Part shown: piece by piece, positions 63,101 to 64,000 of the stretch
Numbering within the stretch: position 1 is the first letter of the stretch
Layout of the letters: every line of letters starts with the position of its first letter
Source of the DNA: Takakia lepidozioides
Lineage: Eukaryota > Plantae > Bryophyta
Direction of reading: 5' to 3'
Assembly: GCA_030704615.1 (NCBI GenBank)
Contig: CM060732.1
Location: forward strand, 42,346,001-42,410,000
Length of the DNA: 64,000 bases
The notes under the pieces: model-generated
Told to the model about the DNA's origin: nothing
Database searches by the model: none
Seen by the model: the letters and a program-made list of their open reading frames with translations, nothing else
Made by a program: the position numbers and the translations under genes

Positions 63101-64000
63101 GAACATTATAATGTAAATAACAGCTAAAGAAGGCCACAGGTCTGCAGATAAAGTGGGAATGATGAAGGGCTGATATCGATAATATTGGGGAGGGCTCCAT
63201 GCATGCCTGGTTGGCAGTGCACACTCTGAATGCGTCGAACAAGTATAGAGAAGCATAAATGGATCACGCTACTATAGCTATGAGGCAAGGGGAATACAAG
63301 CGAGATAAAAGCACGGGTGGTAGGGAGTTCTAACCAGCACCGTCCACACTGATCATGTCTAGATGTCAGATGCAGCTCATGTTCACGCTTAGCCATAGGA
63401 TCTACTTGTGCCTCGCAAAGTGCGGATGGTCAGCATCTCTATGGGAAGCAAAAGTAAGCGATTTTGTGACGTTCCAGCTCCACGTCTGAAGTCTGAACCT
63501 TTTGAAAACGTTTACAAGTGGAATTCTCGTCTGAGCCTTGAGCGAGATCCAGTACATGACCGCTGATCATTGTCTCTCTCTCTCTCTTTCTTCTCAGTTG
63601 AGGAGCCGAGTACTCCACGCGCTACAAACATATGACCTGCTCAGGTCTCCAGCATGGGCAGCTGCCCGAGAAAGATGTTTATTTTAAAAATTCATTCATT
63701 TAATATCACACTAATTAGGCTCGGCGACTAGCGACTAGCGACCCGGAATTACTTCCCGTGATTTATGACACAAGATGGGTTTCATCCAATAATCATTCGT
63801 TGATATACCGCATCCCGTAACACATTCATCCACAACCTATTCGTTAGATGCACACAATCCAGTACGGCGCCTGTCCTCCGGGCGTGTGCCGGCGACATTG
63901 ACCGGTGTTATCCAGTTACCGACCCCCGGAAGGGCGGGTCCCTCCGGCGGGCCGTTGGTTCTCTCTCTCGGTTTCGCGCTCGCCCTTAGTCTTGTGTGGG

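Noticed and set aside
62506-63396. Short ORFs near the right edge
   Set aside because: No recognisable domain or consistent exon structure.

Overview
Eukaryotic land-plant DNA, probably a non-seed plant such as a bryophyte (inferred from the PRR sequence and TE complement, not proven). Three intact spliced genes are present: a circadian pseudo-response regulator (+, 18263-23339), a FAD-dependent monooxygenase (-, 25978-23993) and a full-size ABCB1/19-like transporter (-, 60180-48902). There is also a disrupted bulb-type lectin gene. The rest is mostly transposon-derived: a CACTA MITE, a nested island with a chromovirus Ty3/Gypsy element, a solo LTR and a RING-finger ORF, and several LINE remnants, including a head-to-tail array inserted at (CT)n tracts. 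The most novel-looking object is a decayed ~11.2 kb inverted-repeat-bounded element (671-11886). It carries a Sola1-like DDD transposase and a divergent spliced ParB/Srx-like gene plus an FCP1/NIF-like domain. It is also studded, mainly in introns and intergenic DNA, with about nine copies of a 24-bp palindrome (AACCTCCACTG-GA-CAGTGGAGGTT). This suggests a self-recognition system (parS-like or anti-silencing), which remains a hypothesis. All domain calls are by motif recognition only; no database searches were run.
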